The notes under the pieces: model-generated | The model's database searches: none | What the model was told of the DNA's origin: nothing | The model's input: only the letters and a program-made list of their open reading frames with translations | Source of the DNA: a virus | IMG/VR virus record: IMGVR_UViG_3300024264_002047 | DNA length: 64,000 nucleotides | Direction: 5' to 3' (one strand) | Made by a program: the position numbers and the translations under genes | Part shown: in pieces, positions 18,336 to 27,545 of the stretch | Layout: every line of letters starts with the position of its first letter | Numbering within the stretch: position 1 is the stretch's first letter

Positions 18336-19615
18336 AGTTTTTCTCCTGGTTCAAAACCTCTAAAACATTTAAATCGCGGGAATCTCAAACTGTAAACTTC
18401 TTCCGAGTCTTGACTTATTGTTACAACATCAGCTCGTACTTCAACTAACTGACCAAGTACAGCGTCACGGTTATTCCAAATATCATCCCTGTTAGCATCG
18501 CTAAGACCTGTGCCAACATTAACCTTGATAAGTTTACCTTCGTCGGTACCTTCGCAAACAAGTGCTCCTGTGCTTCCTTCATTTTTACCAGTTCCTTCTT
18601 CAATATCTATTACTGTTAATGTTACTTCAATGTAAGGTTTCATTTTCAACCAACCGTAAGAACGTTTACATTCGTAGTAACCGTTCACAGGTTTAACCAT
18701 GATACCTTCGTATCCTTCTTCTATTGCTGTATTATTAATTGCTTTGAACTTATCAGCATCATCTTCAATATTAAGGACTGTATAGTCAGTTAAGACAATG
18801 CAATCTTTGAAGTATTCTGATCTTTCAAAGCCTTTCAATAATTCTTTTCTTTTAATAAGTGGTAATGAACTCTTTGCTGTTTTGAATTCGTCAAGAGGTA
18901 TAAAATCAAACAATGCAAAATAAGCATCAGTTGTTTCAGCACCTTCTTTACGATGTACTTGTTTCATTAGTGTTTGGAAATCAGCGGACATAACCTCACC
19001 ATCAAAGACAAGATCATCAAACATTTTATTGCTGAATGCTTCTTCGATATGTGGGAAGTTTTTGAGTTGTTTACCGTTTCGAGAATAAATCGTTGCGTTA
19101 GAATTTTCTACAATAATAATGGCTCTTACTCCATCATACTTATATTCTACAACGCAGTCTCCTGTAATCTTTTTAGGATTGTTGTCACCACTATGAGCAA
19201 GCATACAAGTGAATACAGGGATGGTTCCTTTCTTAACGTTATTGACTGTCTTGAGAGATACACCGCATCTAAGGTCTTTAATTAAGATTCTACGGTACCA
19301 ATCATTCCATTGGTCAATTGTTGACTGTAGAGATAAAGATAAGATCGCGTCTCGAGCAGCATTACCTGTCAATTCACGATTCTTTAATTGATCTGCAAGA
19401 TGATAGAACTCATCAGCAGTAATTCCTTCGCCTTGAGTATCAGAGTATGGAATATCAGCCACACCAAAGGTAATCATATTATCGAGACAATATAATAAAC
19501 CTTTGACTAGACCTTCATCATCAATATATTGAGATAACATATCTTCTTTATAGAGTCGACTGTTATCTCGCTCAAGTAACTGAATTAATTTCCAAGGATC
19601 TGTTTTCATGAACAA
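18332..19615 (-). CDS. lig: ATP-dependent DNA ligase
   Basis: EYKYDGVR, FDGEV, EGIMVK, WLKMK, SLRFPRF. Confidence 0.95.
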   Translation of the reverse strand: MFMKTDPWKLIQLLERDNSRLYKEDMLSQYIDDEGLVKGLLYCLDNMITFGVADIPYSDTQGEGITADEFYHLADQLKNRELTGNAARDAILSLSLQSTIDQWNDWYRRILIKDLRCGVSLKTVNNVKKGTIPVFTCMLAHSGDNNPKKITGDCVVEYKYDGVRAIIIVENSNATIYSRNGKQLKNFPHIEEAFSNKMFDDLVFDGEVMSADFQTLMKQVHRKEGAETTDAYFALFDFIPLDEFKTAKSSLPLIKRKELLKGFERSEYFKDCIVLTDYTVLNIEDDADKFKAINNTAIEEGYEGIMVKPVNGYYECKRSYGWLKMKPYIEVTLTVIDIEEGTGKNEGSTGALVCEGTDEGKLIKVNVGTGLSDANRDDIWNNRDAVLGQLVEVRADVVTISQDSEEVYSLRFPRFKCFRGFEPGEKL

Positions 19616-19863
19616 AGTGCCTCGCAGATTGCTTCGCCATCAGCTTCTTCCATGATTTCAGCAAGAGATTGAGTAACTTCGTTGCCTTCTGCAAATAGCA
19701 TTAGCTCAGCAGCAACCACCGCAGCTTGTTCGCGGGTCAATTGAATATGACCTTGATCTCTCCATGGTGGGGTTAATTGAATACAAGTTCCACGTTCCTT
19801 TCCACCGAAGAACCTTGTTTGCATGATATCTGTTGTTGGAACAGTTCTCAATTCAGTACTCAT
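19606..19863 (-). CDS. hypothetical early protein
   Basis: First gene after promoter at 19894. Confidence 0.65.
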   Translation of the reverse strand: MSTELRTVPTTDIMQTRFFGGKERGTCIQLTPPWRDQGHIQLTREQAAVVAAELMLFAEGNEVTQSLAEIMEEADGEAICEALCS

Positions 19864-19893
19864 AATGTATTCCTTTATTCAATTTATACAACC

Positions 19894-19922
19894 ATTATAT
19901 ACAGTATCATAAAGAATGTCAA
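19894..19922 (-). promoter_or_regulatory. sigma70-type early promoter
   Basis: TTGACA-17-TATAAT plus GGTTGTATAAATT leader. Confidence 0.9.
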
Positions 19923-19940
19923 TAGTTATTTTAACTTTTT

Positions 19941-20246
19941 TCAGTCATTATTCAGATCTTCACCATTTCGACCACGATCTTCGTTTCCATCAGCATTCAA
20001 TTCAGTCATGTCCTGCTGCTTGTACTTGAAGTTCTTATCCTTCAAATGAGGATACCTTGTTTCCGCAGGATGTACGGTATTGAACTCTTCCTCATGCCGT
20101 TCTTTTGCTGTTTGTCGTGTATCTCCTTCAAGACCCAAATCAGCGTTATCCTTTTTACCAAAGATTCTATCCCAGCCATCATCATACGATTTAGTAGATG
20201 CTTTGCTTCTGAGAGAATCACCAGTTATGTCGTTCTTTGTTGCCAT
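19941..20246 (-). CDS. hypothetical protein
   Basis: MATKNDITGD...WDRIFGKK. Confidence 0.65.
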   Translation of the reverse strand: MATKNDITGDSLRSKASTKSYDDGWDRIFGKKDNADLGLEGDTRQTAKERHEEEFNTVHPAETRYPHLKDKNFKYKQQDMTELNADGNEDRGRNGEDLNND

Positions 20247-20247
20247 T

Positions 20248-20451
20248 TTAATATAGTTCCAAGTCTAGTTGTACAGGCGCGTCTTTCTTAAAGAACATAC
20301 GACCTAATTCGTCAAGTTCTAAAGTAAATTTGTCGCCAGGTTCGAACGAAGTAGTACTAATTCGTACCATGTGAGTTTCGTCAGGATCTGGTTTATCAAT
20401 AAAATGTAAACCTTCTGCCGAAATTCTAAATTTAAAGTCACAATACATCAT
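20248..20451 (-). CDS. hypothetical protein
   Basis: ORF in operon. Confidence 0.55.
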   Translation of the reverse strand: MMYCDFKFRISAEGLHFIDKPDPDETHMVRISTTSFEPGDKFTLELDELGRMFFKKDAPVQLDLELY

Positions 20452-20861
20452 CTTGCCATCTCACTTATTTCTGTTGCTTCTTTTTGATTCATAATTGGAA
20501 CTGCATTTGATTTATGCATCGTAGCAATACCTTTTACGAGTGTACCCGTGTATTTGGGCGATTCCTTTTTAGTTCCATGACCACCGCCACCTGTAGAATG
20601 ACAAGAAGGATATTCTGGTACTTCTCTACGAAATGTATCGGTTGGTACAAATGGTTTAAACTCTTTGCTAGGTTTTACTTTACCTAAACAATAATTTATA
20701 TATTCATCAACAGTGTCGTACCTTAGATCATACATACCACTACGTTTCATTGCTTTGTTGTGCAGTCGCCAATTAAGCTCGTATTGAGCCATTTTAGCTT
20801 TAGTGATTTTAACTTTACGTTTCCGAGTGGAAATCGTTGATAGACCTCTTGCTAATGCCAT
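20448..20861 (-). CDS. conserved-type phage hypothetical protein
   Basis: C-terminal YTGTLVKGIATMHKSNAVPI. Confidence 0.65.
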   Translation of the reverse strand: MALARGLSTISTRKRKVKITKAKMAQYELNWRLHNKAMKRSGMYDLRYDTVDEYINYCLGKVKPSKEFKPFVPTDTFRREVPEYPSCHSTGGGGHGTKKESPKYTGTLVKGIATMHKSNAVPIMNQKEATEISEMAR

Positions 20862-20876
20862 AATATAAACTCCGTC

Positions 20877-21044
20877 AAAAAAGGGTGAAACAGTGGTCGC
20901 TTCTTTGGCGTTCCGTTCCTACTCAGTATGTCGGTAGTTCAGGTGTTGCTCCCGAAGGCAGTTCTCCGTCATGGGTCCTAAATGGTAGAGCTATTAACTC
21001 CGTGATTCCATCTCGCCGTCGTGGTTTATCCCACCGTTTCAAAT
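20877..21044 (-). ncRNA. candidate structured small RNA or cis-regulatory leader
   Basis: GC-richer intergenic segment, own promoter, 5' GAAACGGTGG pairs with 3' CCACTGTTTC, internal hairpins incl. cUUCGg, ends in U6. Confidence 0.55.
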
Positions 21045-21047
21045 ATA

Positions 21048-21076
21048 ATTATAACAAACTATTTTCCAAATGTCAA
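21048..21076 (-). promoter_or_regulatory. sigma70 promoter of the RNA candidate
   Basis: TTGACA-17-TATAAT; also TATAAATA at 21091-21098. Confidence 0.85.
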
Positions 21077-21089
21077 TAGTTTTTTAAGT

Positions 21090-21386
21090 TTATTTATAGT
21101 GCCTTTGACCTCTACCGTTAAAAGCGTTTAATTCAGATGAAATCTTCTTCTGATGTCTCTTAATGGCTTCAGCCTTTTTTCTTTTTCTTTTCGCAGTAGG
21201 TTTCTCGTAATACTCCCTTGCTCTAAGTTCTTTTAAGATTCCTGCTTTTTCAACGTTCTTCTTAAACTTTCTCAATCCTATATCAAACGGCATTGGTGTA
21301 CTCGGCCTTTTATCTTTAGGATGTCTTGGTCTTGGTGTCAAATCGACTGATAAGCCACCATTTCTATTATTGTTATTATTTCTCAT
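21090..21386 (-). CDS. rpsU: ribosomal protein bS21
   Basis: [40 protein letters not shown], with N-terminal extension. Confidence 0.9.
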   Translation of the reverse strand: MRNNNNNRNGGLSVDLTPRPRHPKDKRPSTPMPFDIGLRKFKKNVEKAGILKELRAREYYEKPTAKRKRKKAEAIKRHQKKISSELNAFNGRGQRHYK

Positions 21387-21392
21387 GTATCT

Positions 21393-21421
21393 ATTATATC
21401 AAGTTTTATTATGAATGTCAA
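21393..21421 (-). promoter_or_regulatory. sigma70 promoter, predicted leaderless start
   Basis: TTGACA-17-TATAAT, 6 nt, then ATG of bS21. Confidence 0.8.
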
Positions 21422-21427
21422 TAGTTT

Positions 21428-21940
21428 TTATGATTTATTTTTAGCAGCCAATTTTGCAGCAGCTTTTTCTTGTTTCGCAATTTCTTTATCATATGCCTTT
21501 TGATCTACATAACCGTTCTCTAAAAGCTTTATTCTATTCAACATGTGTTGTGCTTGAGTATCTTCTTTGGATCCACCGTAGTAAGGAACACAATGACCTT
21601 CTTCAGACATCACTGATGTAACTGGTCTCCATCCATCTGTTGTTGGACAGTAGACATCAAAGTCTCCAAGGATACGACCGAACTTGCCTTTCATATCTTC
21701 GCCGTTTCGAGCAACTTGAGTTTTTAATACTGGACGCTTACCTAGTAATTCTTTTAATCTTTTACTTGCAGCTTTACCAAATAACTTTTCTACTTTATCG
21801 CTTGTTCTTGATTCTGGTGTATCAATTCCCATGATACGAACTCTTTCGTTTCGTAACCAGATTCCAAAGCCAAGATCAATATCGACATCAACGGTATCGC
21901 CGTCAACTACTTTAATTAAATTTGTTCTATACTCGTACAT
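21428..21940 (-). CDS. thermonuclease (SNase-like)
   Basis: VVDGDTVDVDIDLGF, RVRIMGIDTPESRT, GKFGRILG. Confidence 0.88.
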   Translation of the reverse strand: MYEYRTNLIKVVDGDTVDVDIDLGFGIWLRNERVRIMGIDTPESRTSDKVEKLFGKAASKRLKELLGKRPVLKTQVARNGEDMKGKFGRILGDFDVYCPTTDGWRPVTSVMSEEGHCVPYYGGSKEDTQAQHMLNRIKLLENGYVDQKAYDKEIAKQEKAAAKLAAKNKS

Positions 21941-22317
21941 TGTTGTTTCTTCCTATAATCGTTTACCGCAGTTTTAATTGCATCTTCCGCTAATACCGAA
22001 CAGTGGATCTTAACAGGTGGGAGTGCAAGTTCTTCTGCGAGTTCAGTGTTTCTAATTGTTTCTGCTTTGTCGATGTGGATACCTTTGACCCACTCTGTAA
22101 GGAGACTGCTTGAAGCAATTGCTGAACCGCATCCATACGTTTTAAAACAGGCATCTTCTATAACGCCGGAGTCATTAACTTTGATCTGTAATCGCATTAC
22201 GTCACCACATGCAGGTGCGCCTACCATCCCAGTTCCTACAGTAACATCTGTCTCATCCATCTTCCCTACATTTCTAGGGTTTTCATAATGATCTATTACT
22301 TTTTCACTATAGGCCAT
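21916..22317 (-). CDS. iscU: Fe-S cluster scaffold IscU
   Basis: MAYSEKVIDHYENPRNVG, APACGDVMRLQI, YGCGSAIASSS, PVKIHCS. Confidence 0.97.
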   Translation of the reverse strand: MAYSEKVIDHYENPRNVGKMDETDVTVGTGMVGAPACGDVMRLQIKVNDSGVIEDACFKTYGCGSAIASSSLLTEWVKGIHIDKAETIRNTELAEELALPPVKIHCSVLAEDAIKTAVNDYRKKQQCTSIEQI

Positions 22318-22360
22318 TAGAATCAACTTTTGTTGATGCCGTGTTAATTGTCTCGCTCAT
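22307..22360 (-). CDS. 17 aa upstream ORF overlapping the iscU start
   Basis: AAGGAG RBS, MSETINTASTKVDSNGL, late promoter just upstream. Confidence 0.4.
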   Translation of the reverse strand: MSETINTASTKVDSNGL

Positions 22361-22382
22361 GCTCGACTCCTTTGTATAAGTA

Positions 22383-22390
22383 TATTTATA
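22383..22390 (-). promoter_or_regulatory. T4-type late promoter upstream of iscU
   Basis: TATAAATA. Confidence 0.75.
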
Positions 22391-22396
22391 CTCAGA

Positions 22397-23557
22397 CTAC
22401 CACTGAGAAGGATCCTCTAAGATAGAAACGATTTGATGACCAAGCTCAATCCATTCTTCCTTTGTTTTGCCACGAGTTGTTTCTGCGGCTGTACCAATAC
22501 GAATTCCACTTGTCTCTTTAAAGTTTCGAGGATCGTTAGGAATACCATTTTTATTTACAGTGATACGATGTTTCTCTAAGATATCAGCTGCTTGTCTTCC
22601 ACTCAATTCAGAGTTAACTAAACTTACTAATATAATATGAGAATCAGTACCACCTGATAATACAGATAGAGTATCGCTGTTATGTAATACTGCTGCTAAT
22701 GCCTGAGCGTTCTCAACTACCTTTGCTGAATAATCTTTAAACTCTTCAGTATCAGCTTCAACGAATGCTTGTGCTTTGGCAGCAATGATATTCATTAATG
22801 GTCCGCCTTGAGTACCTGGGAAGATTGCTCCATTGAGCTTTCTTGTATAGTCAGGATTGTTCCATAATATAATTCCACCACGAGGACCACGTAATGTTTT
22901 ATGAGTTGTAGAAGTAACAACATCGGCATAAGGAACAGGATTGTCATATACACCACCGGCAATTAAACCAGAATAGTGAGCCATGTCAACCATAAGTAAT
23001 GCACCTACTGAATCAGCAATTGCTCTGAACCTTACCCAATCAATTTGTCTTGGATATGCACTTGCACCAGCAACGACAATATCAGGTTTGTGTTCTTGTG
23101 CCAATCGAGCAACTTCGTCGTAATCAATTAAACCGTTTTCATCAACACCGTAAGTATGAGCATTAAACCATTTACCTGAAATCGTAACTGGAGCTCCATG
23201 AGTTAGATGACCGCCACTTGCTAAATCCATTCCAAGAATTGTATCACCTGGATTTAAGAATGCTTTATATACAGCAAGGTTTGCGTTTGCTCCACTATGT
23301 GGTTGAACATTAGCAAATTCACAACCGTATAGATCTTTGAGTTTATCAATAGCCAAGGTTTCGACTTCATCCATAAATTCGCAACCGTTATAATAACGAG
23401 CACCTGGATATCCTTCTGCGTATTTGTTTGTAAACTCTGAACCACAAAGTTTCATAACTGCTTTCGAAGCAAAGTTCTCTGAAGCAATTAGTTCTGTGGT
23501 TAATTTTTGGCGTGATAGTTCTTTTTGGTAAATCTTGTTAATTCTTTCATCTAGCAT
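22397..23557 (-). CDS. glyA: serine hydroxymethyltransferase
   Basis: [43 protein letters not shown]. Confidence 0.97.
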   Translation of the reverse strand: MLDERINKIYQKELSRQKLTTELIASENFASKAVMKLCGSEFTNKYAEGYPGARYYNGCEFMDEVETLAIDKLKDLYGCEFANVQPHSGANANLAVYKAFLNPGDTILGMDLASGGHLTHGAPVTISGKWFNAHTYGVDENGLIDYDEVARLAQEHKPDIVVAGASAYPRQIDWVRFRAIADSVGALLMVDMAHYSGLIAGGVYDNPVPYADVVTSTTHKTLRGPRGGIILWNNPDYTRKLNGAIFPGTQGGPLMNIIAAKAQAFVEADTEEFKDYSAKVVENAQALAAVLHNSDTLSVLSGGTDSHIILVSLVNSELSGRQAADILEKHRITVNKNGIPNDPRNFKETSGIRIGTAAETTRGKTKEEWIELGHQIVSILEDPSQW

Positions 23558-23558
23558 A

Positions 23559-23795
23559 TTATTGCTGTTCCATCCTATATTGTGTTTCTCTTATTAAATG
23601 ATAATAGGTACCTATCAACCTTTCGTCTTCAAAGATTTGAGGTTGAACGGACGTACCTATGCCTTTTTCTTTTAATTGATTATAATACATTGTCAGCCCA
23701 ATGTCAAGGAATTTATAACCCCCATAATGTTTGGCTGCATGTTCTTTAGCTTTATCGCAGAAAGCGCAAGCTCGAGTACCATAGATGTAGATCAT
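23559..23795 (-). CDS. glutaredoxin-like protein
   Basis: [20 protein letters not shown]. Confidence 0.75.
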   Translation of the reverse strand: MIYIYGTRACAFCDKAKEHAAKHYGGYKFLDIGLTMYYNQLKEKGIGTSVQPQIFEDERLIGTYYHLIRETQYRMEQQ

Positions 23796-24121
23796 GCCTT
23801 TGGTGTTTTATCTTTCCAATCGTTAATGTAATCAAGTTGCTTTGCTTGACTCCACTCTTGAGATAACTCTTCGTTATCTTCTGCAAAATATTTGAGTGCT
23901 TTAACTGTATCTACAATATCAATGTTAGTAACGGTTTCACCAAGCCAACGCTGACTGAACTCCTTTACTTCTTCAGCTTCAACAGATTCCTGAGACCATA
24001 ACTTGGCAAGCTTATCAGTACAATGAACTTCTTCATTCCACCTTTGTACTTCTTCTCTTGGAATAATATATCTCTGTTTAAACATTGAAACAGTATCAAC
24101 TACTACATAATCACTTTTCAT
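23792..24121 (-). CDS. hypothetical protein
   Basis: ORF in operon. Confidence 0.6.
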   Translation of the reverse strand: MKSDYVVVDTVSMFKQRYIIPREEVQRWNEEVHCTDKLAKLWSQESVEAEEVKEFSQRWLGETVTNIDIVDTVKALKYFAEDNEELSQEWSQAKQLDYINDWKDKTPKA

Positions 24122-24197
24122 TTTCTTTTCCTATAAAAATAACAATGCTATTAGGAATCCTATATTGAGTCCTAATGAACATGCTAATAATAAATCT

Positions 24198-24377
24198 TTA
24201 CCGAACGAGTCCCTTTCGACTATTACTTCTATCGGCCTCTCTCCGTGCCAATTGTTCATACAACGGCTCCTCTGCTACCGCAGGAGATTTAATGCATACC
24301 CTTGTATTAAAAGGTTGTCCACACTCTCTTGCGTATACTGTCTTACCCTTATCGGGACTTTCAAATATCTGTGCCAT
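24198..24377 (-). CDS. 59 aa hypothetical protein (not in ORF track)
   Basis: MAQIFESPDKGKTVYARE...; GGAG RBS. Confidence 0.6.
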   Translation of the reverse strand: MAQIFESPDKGKTVYARECGQPFNTRVCIKSPAVAEEPLYEQLARREADRSNSRKGLVR

Positions 24378-24386
24378 AATATACTC

Positions 24387-24566
24387 CTATACTACTTTAT
24401 TAATTATAAAGAAAGATAACATCATTGAACCGAATACTAGACATTGTAATATAGTGGCCCAAAAGATTTGTCTCATTGGGTGTATCTCTACAATCTTTTC
24501 TACCCAGCTTTCACTTGGTGATAGATTCACTACTTGTAATATCTTTTCTTCAGTACTTCCTGTCAT
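24387..24566 (-). CDS. 59 aa membrane protein (not in ORF track)
   Basis: MTGSTEEKILQVVNLSPSESWVEKIVEIHPMRQIFWATILQCLVFGSMMLSFFIINKVV. Confidence 0.65.
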   Translation of the reverse strand: MTGSTEEKILQVVNLSPSESWVEKIVEIHPMRQIFWATILQCLVFGSMMLSFFIINKVV

Positions 24567-24828
24567 TGTCTAACCTTCTTGTAATTTTGTTAATTATATT
24601 TTCTGCTTCAGGATAATCATCCATCATTTCGACGACTTTATCAATCATATCTAAATCAAGTAACATATCGTTTCGACGATTCAACCAACTCTCTTGTTGT
24701 TTCATCTGTTCGATTTTCATCTGTTCCATGTAATGCATATCATGTAACTTTTTGATGAATTGATTTACTTGTAACCATCTGTGATAATCTATATTGCCGT
24801 CCTTATCAAATGGTTTTTCTTTGCTCAT
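24550..24828 (-). CDS. hypothetical protein
   Basis: ORF in operon. Confidence 0.55.
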   Translation of the reverse strand: MSKEKPFDKDGNIDYHRWLQVNQFIKKLHDMHYMEQMKIEQMKQQESWLNRRNDMLLDLDMIDKVVEMMDDYPEAENIINKITRRLDNDRKY

Positions 24829-25241
24829 TTAAATAGCCCTATCCTTTCTCCCGCTGCTTTACGACGATCATACTCTTCGGGAGTAGAAGGGTAACGCCAT
24901 CCCCATGCTGCACCAAGAGCCATAAAGGTTCCTGAGTACGCAACCGCTTTCCAATTACCTGTAAATACAATCATACACAATAAAGCAAATGCCATAAATC
25001 CTAACATCATATACTTTGCCTTTTGCGGAAATACTTTTTTGGTTTCCCAGTTTGTTAAAAATGGTCCAAAGAGTTTATGGTTATATAACCAGTTGTGCAT
25101 TCTGTCTGAACTCTTTGCGAAACAATACGCAGCAAACACTGCAGGTATACTAAAAGGAATGCCTGGTAAGATAACACCTACATAAGCAACTCCTAAGCTA
25201 AGGAATCCTAATCCACCCCATGCTAACTTTTTCATATTCAC
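24825..25241 (-). CDS. YbaN/DUF454 inner-membrane protein
   Basis: GVILPGIPFSIP...FAKSSDRMHNWLYNHKLFGPFL..W...KAK. Confidence 0.85.
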   Translation of the reverse strand: MNMKKLAWGGLGFLSLGVAYVGVILPGIPFSIPAVFAAYCFAKSSDRMHNWLYNHKLFGPFLTNWETKKVFPQKAKYMMLGFMAFALLCMIVFTGNWKAVAYSGTFMALGAAWGWRYPSTPEEYDRRKAAGERIGLFK

Positions 25242-25501
25242 GATAGTACAGCCTTAATATGTTCTGCCGCAATAATCACAGCGTCTTGTCCGCCAATTCT
25301 TACAGGCATTGATTTATCCCAAGATAGATATACCGTATCACCTTTGTTTAAATGGGTTGCTTCAGGACCTACTGATAATATGATACCAGGCTCTGATGCA
25401 GTTTGTTTTACGTCAGCTGATAATATAATACCACCTGCTGTTGTTTCTTCTTTTGGAGCAGCTGCTACTAGTACTTGCTCTCCAATCATTTGAATACTCA
25501 T
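25238..25501 (-). CDS. groES: co-chaperonin GroES-like
   Basis: EETTAGGIIL mobile loop, GIILSVGP, GDTV. Confidence 0.8.
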   Translation of the reverse strand: MSIQMIGEQVLVAAAPKEETTAGGIILSADVKQTASEPGIILSVGPEATHLNKGDTVYLSWDKSMPVRIGGQDAVIIAAEHIKAVLS

Positions 25502-26325
25502 TATATTTTCCTTCGGTTTATTGTGGAAGTTAGTCCACTTCTTTTTTCTTCAATCTCCATGTTCATTACTTGACTGTTATCAATTAATGGTTTAGCAGGA
25601 GTCTCACGCTCACGTTTAAATGCGGCGGTACTTACAATTAATAACATTATTGCCAAAGGATCAAATACGAATATAATTATAAGTATAATCCATCTGACAG
25701 CATTGTCATAATATTCTTCTGCCTCAGTTCCGTATATCATATCAGCGATATATTTAACAGGACCGAGTTCCGATTCTTGTTCTAACTGAAGTCTCTGTAT
25801 AGGTAACTTCTGTTCGTTATATTGTACAATACTATCCACTGCTTTGTCAATAGTTATTGCTAAATTATTTCTTTCTTCTGTTTGACGTCCATTAACATAA
25901 TTACGATCTTTAGGTTGTGAAGTCTGTAATACGTAATCTAATCCTTCGATTCTATCTTGTGCAGCTTTAAGTTTGGATTGCTCTGCAGCTATTCTTGTAT
26001 CAATGATACTTGCTTCGAGAGAATAGGTATCTCCAGTTAAAGCAGAATCAATATGAGCTTTAGAAAGGAATCCAAATATACCCATACTTGTAATTAACAT
26101 TAGGACTATAACAGCGGCTGTAAAATAACCACGAACTAAATTATTGATTCTATCCCATTCGTAATGTAACCATGCTGCTGAAACAAGTTTACCAAACTCA
26201 AGCACAGTTGCCATAACGGCAATACTGAGAGCAGCGCCACTAAAGATTGTCATTAATCCTATGATACTAAAATATGCAGCGGTTGCTGCTAAAGTGAGGG
26301 ATGTTGTTAAAGTTAACCATTTCAT
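25501..26325 (-). CDS. conserved-type phage membrane protein
   Basis: Four TM segments flanking a coiled coil; ITSMGIFGFLSKAH, FVFDPLAI. Confidence 0.7.
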   Translation of the reverse strand: MKWLTLTTSLTLAATAAYFSIIGLMTIFSGAALSIAVMATVLEFGKLVSAAWLHYEWDRINNLVRGYFTAAVIVLMLITSMGIFGFLSKAHIDSALTGDTYSLEASIIDTRIAAEQSKLKAAQDRIEGLDYVLQTSQPKDRNYVNGRQTEERNNLAITIDKAVDSIVQYNEQKLPIQRLQLEQESELGPVKYIADMIYGTEAEEYYDNAVRWIILIIIFVFDPLAIMLLIVSTAAFKRERETPAKPLIDNSQVMNMEIEEKRSGLTSTINRRKI

Positions 26326-26333
26326 AATATTAT

Positions 26334-27536
26334 TTATTTGTAATAAGCAAATGTCTCTTTGAGTCCGACAATCAAATCTTCCATCATACCATTAGTATGT
26401 AAGGGAGTAGGTGTAATTCTAAGTCGTTCTTTACCAACATCGACTGTTGGATAATTAATTGGTTGCACATATAATCCATGTTCGTTTAATAACCTATCTG
26501 ACATTAGTTTACATTTCTTTGCATCTCTAACCATCACTGGTAATATATGAGTGCAACTCTCTTCGTGTAATTCTATACCTTCATCAATTAACATATTCTT
26601 TAAAGTCAATGCTCGTTCTTGATGAGTTTCTCTTAAATCATTATGGTCTGCCAAGTAACGAACAGAGGCAATTGCGCCTGCAGCCATAACAGGTGACATA
26701 CTTGTTGTAAAAATAAATCCACTTGCGACTGATCGTATAGCATCAAGAACAACACTATCACCAGCAATATAACCTCCATGACAACCAAACGCTTTTCCCA
26801 AGGTTCCATTTACAATATCCACTCTATCCTGTGATAAAATCTTTTCGCAGTATCCTGCGCCTGTTTCTCCGTATAAACCTACGGCATGTACTTCATCTAT
26901 ATATGTCATTGCTCCATACTGATCTGCCAAATCGCAAATCTCTTCAATAGGAGCAACATCTCCATCCATACTATATACTGATTCAAATACAATACATGGT
27001 ACATAACCAGCTTCAACTGTAACTTGTAAACATTCTTCTAACGATTCCATATCATTATGTTCAAATACATGTTTATGAGCGCGACTATGTTTCATACCCA
27101 TAATCATTGAGGCATGATTCTTATTGTCCGAAACGAAACATATATCAGGAATGATACGAGATAGAGCAATTAACGCCCATTCGTTTGCTACATAAGCAGA
27201 AGTAAATAATAAACCGCTTTCTTTTTTATGCAGGTCTGCTAAAACCTTTTCGAGAGTAACATGATAATGAGAGGTACCGCCAATATTGCGAGTACCTCCA
27301 CTACCACTGCCTGTCTTTAACAATGCGGTTTGCATTGCGTCAATTACATACTTGTTTTGTCCCATTCCCAAATAATCATTTGAGCACCAGTTAACAATTG
27401 TCTTAGGGGAATAAGGTGAGTACCAAGTCGCTTTAGGAAAGTTTCCTTTATCACGAACGATATCGTTAAATACTCTGTACTTACCTTCTTCCTTTAATTT
27501 GTCAACTACGTTTTGGAACGGTTGTTTGTTTATCAT
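26334..27536 (-). CDS. hemA: 5-aminolevulinate synthase (C4/Shemin pathway)
   Basis: [63 protein letters not shown]. Confidence 0.95.
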   Translation of the reverse strand: MINKQPFQNVVDKLKEEGKYRVFNDIVRDKGNFPKATWYSPYSPKTIVNWCSNDYLGMGQNKYVIDAMQTALLKTGSGSGGTRNIGGTSHYHVTLEKVLADLHKKESGLLFTSAYVANEWALIALSRIIPDICFVSDNKNHASMIMGMKHSRAHKHVFEHNDMESLEECLQVTVEAGYVPCIVFESVYSMDGDVAPIEEICDLADQYGAMTYIDEVHAVGLYGETGAGYCEKILSQDRVDIVNGTLGKAFGCHGGYIAGDSVVLDAIRSVASGFIFTTSMSPVMAAGAIASVRYLADHNDLRETHQERALTLKNMLIDEGIELHEESCTHILPVMVRDAKKCKLMSDRLLNEHGLYVQPINYPTVDVGKERLRITPTPLHTNGMMEDLIVGLKETFAYYK

Positions 27537-27545
27537 TTCTACGCC

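Noticed and set aside
20900-20960. TPP riboswitch resemblance (ACCTGA...GTAGGAA) in the RNA candidate
   Set aside because: Lacks the CUGAGA element and a credible P5 stem; downstream gene is not thiamine-related
21361-21386. AAT/AAC run as a microsatellite or phase-variable tract
   Set aside because: Only five imperfect Asn codons, in frame; no sign of slippage
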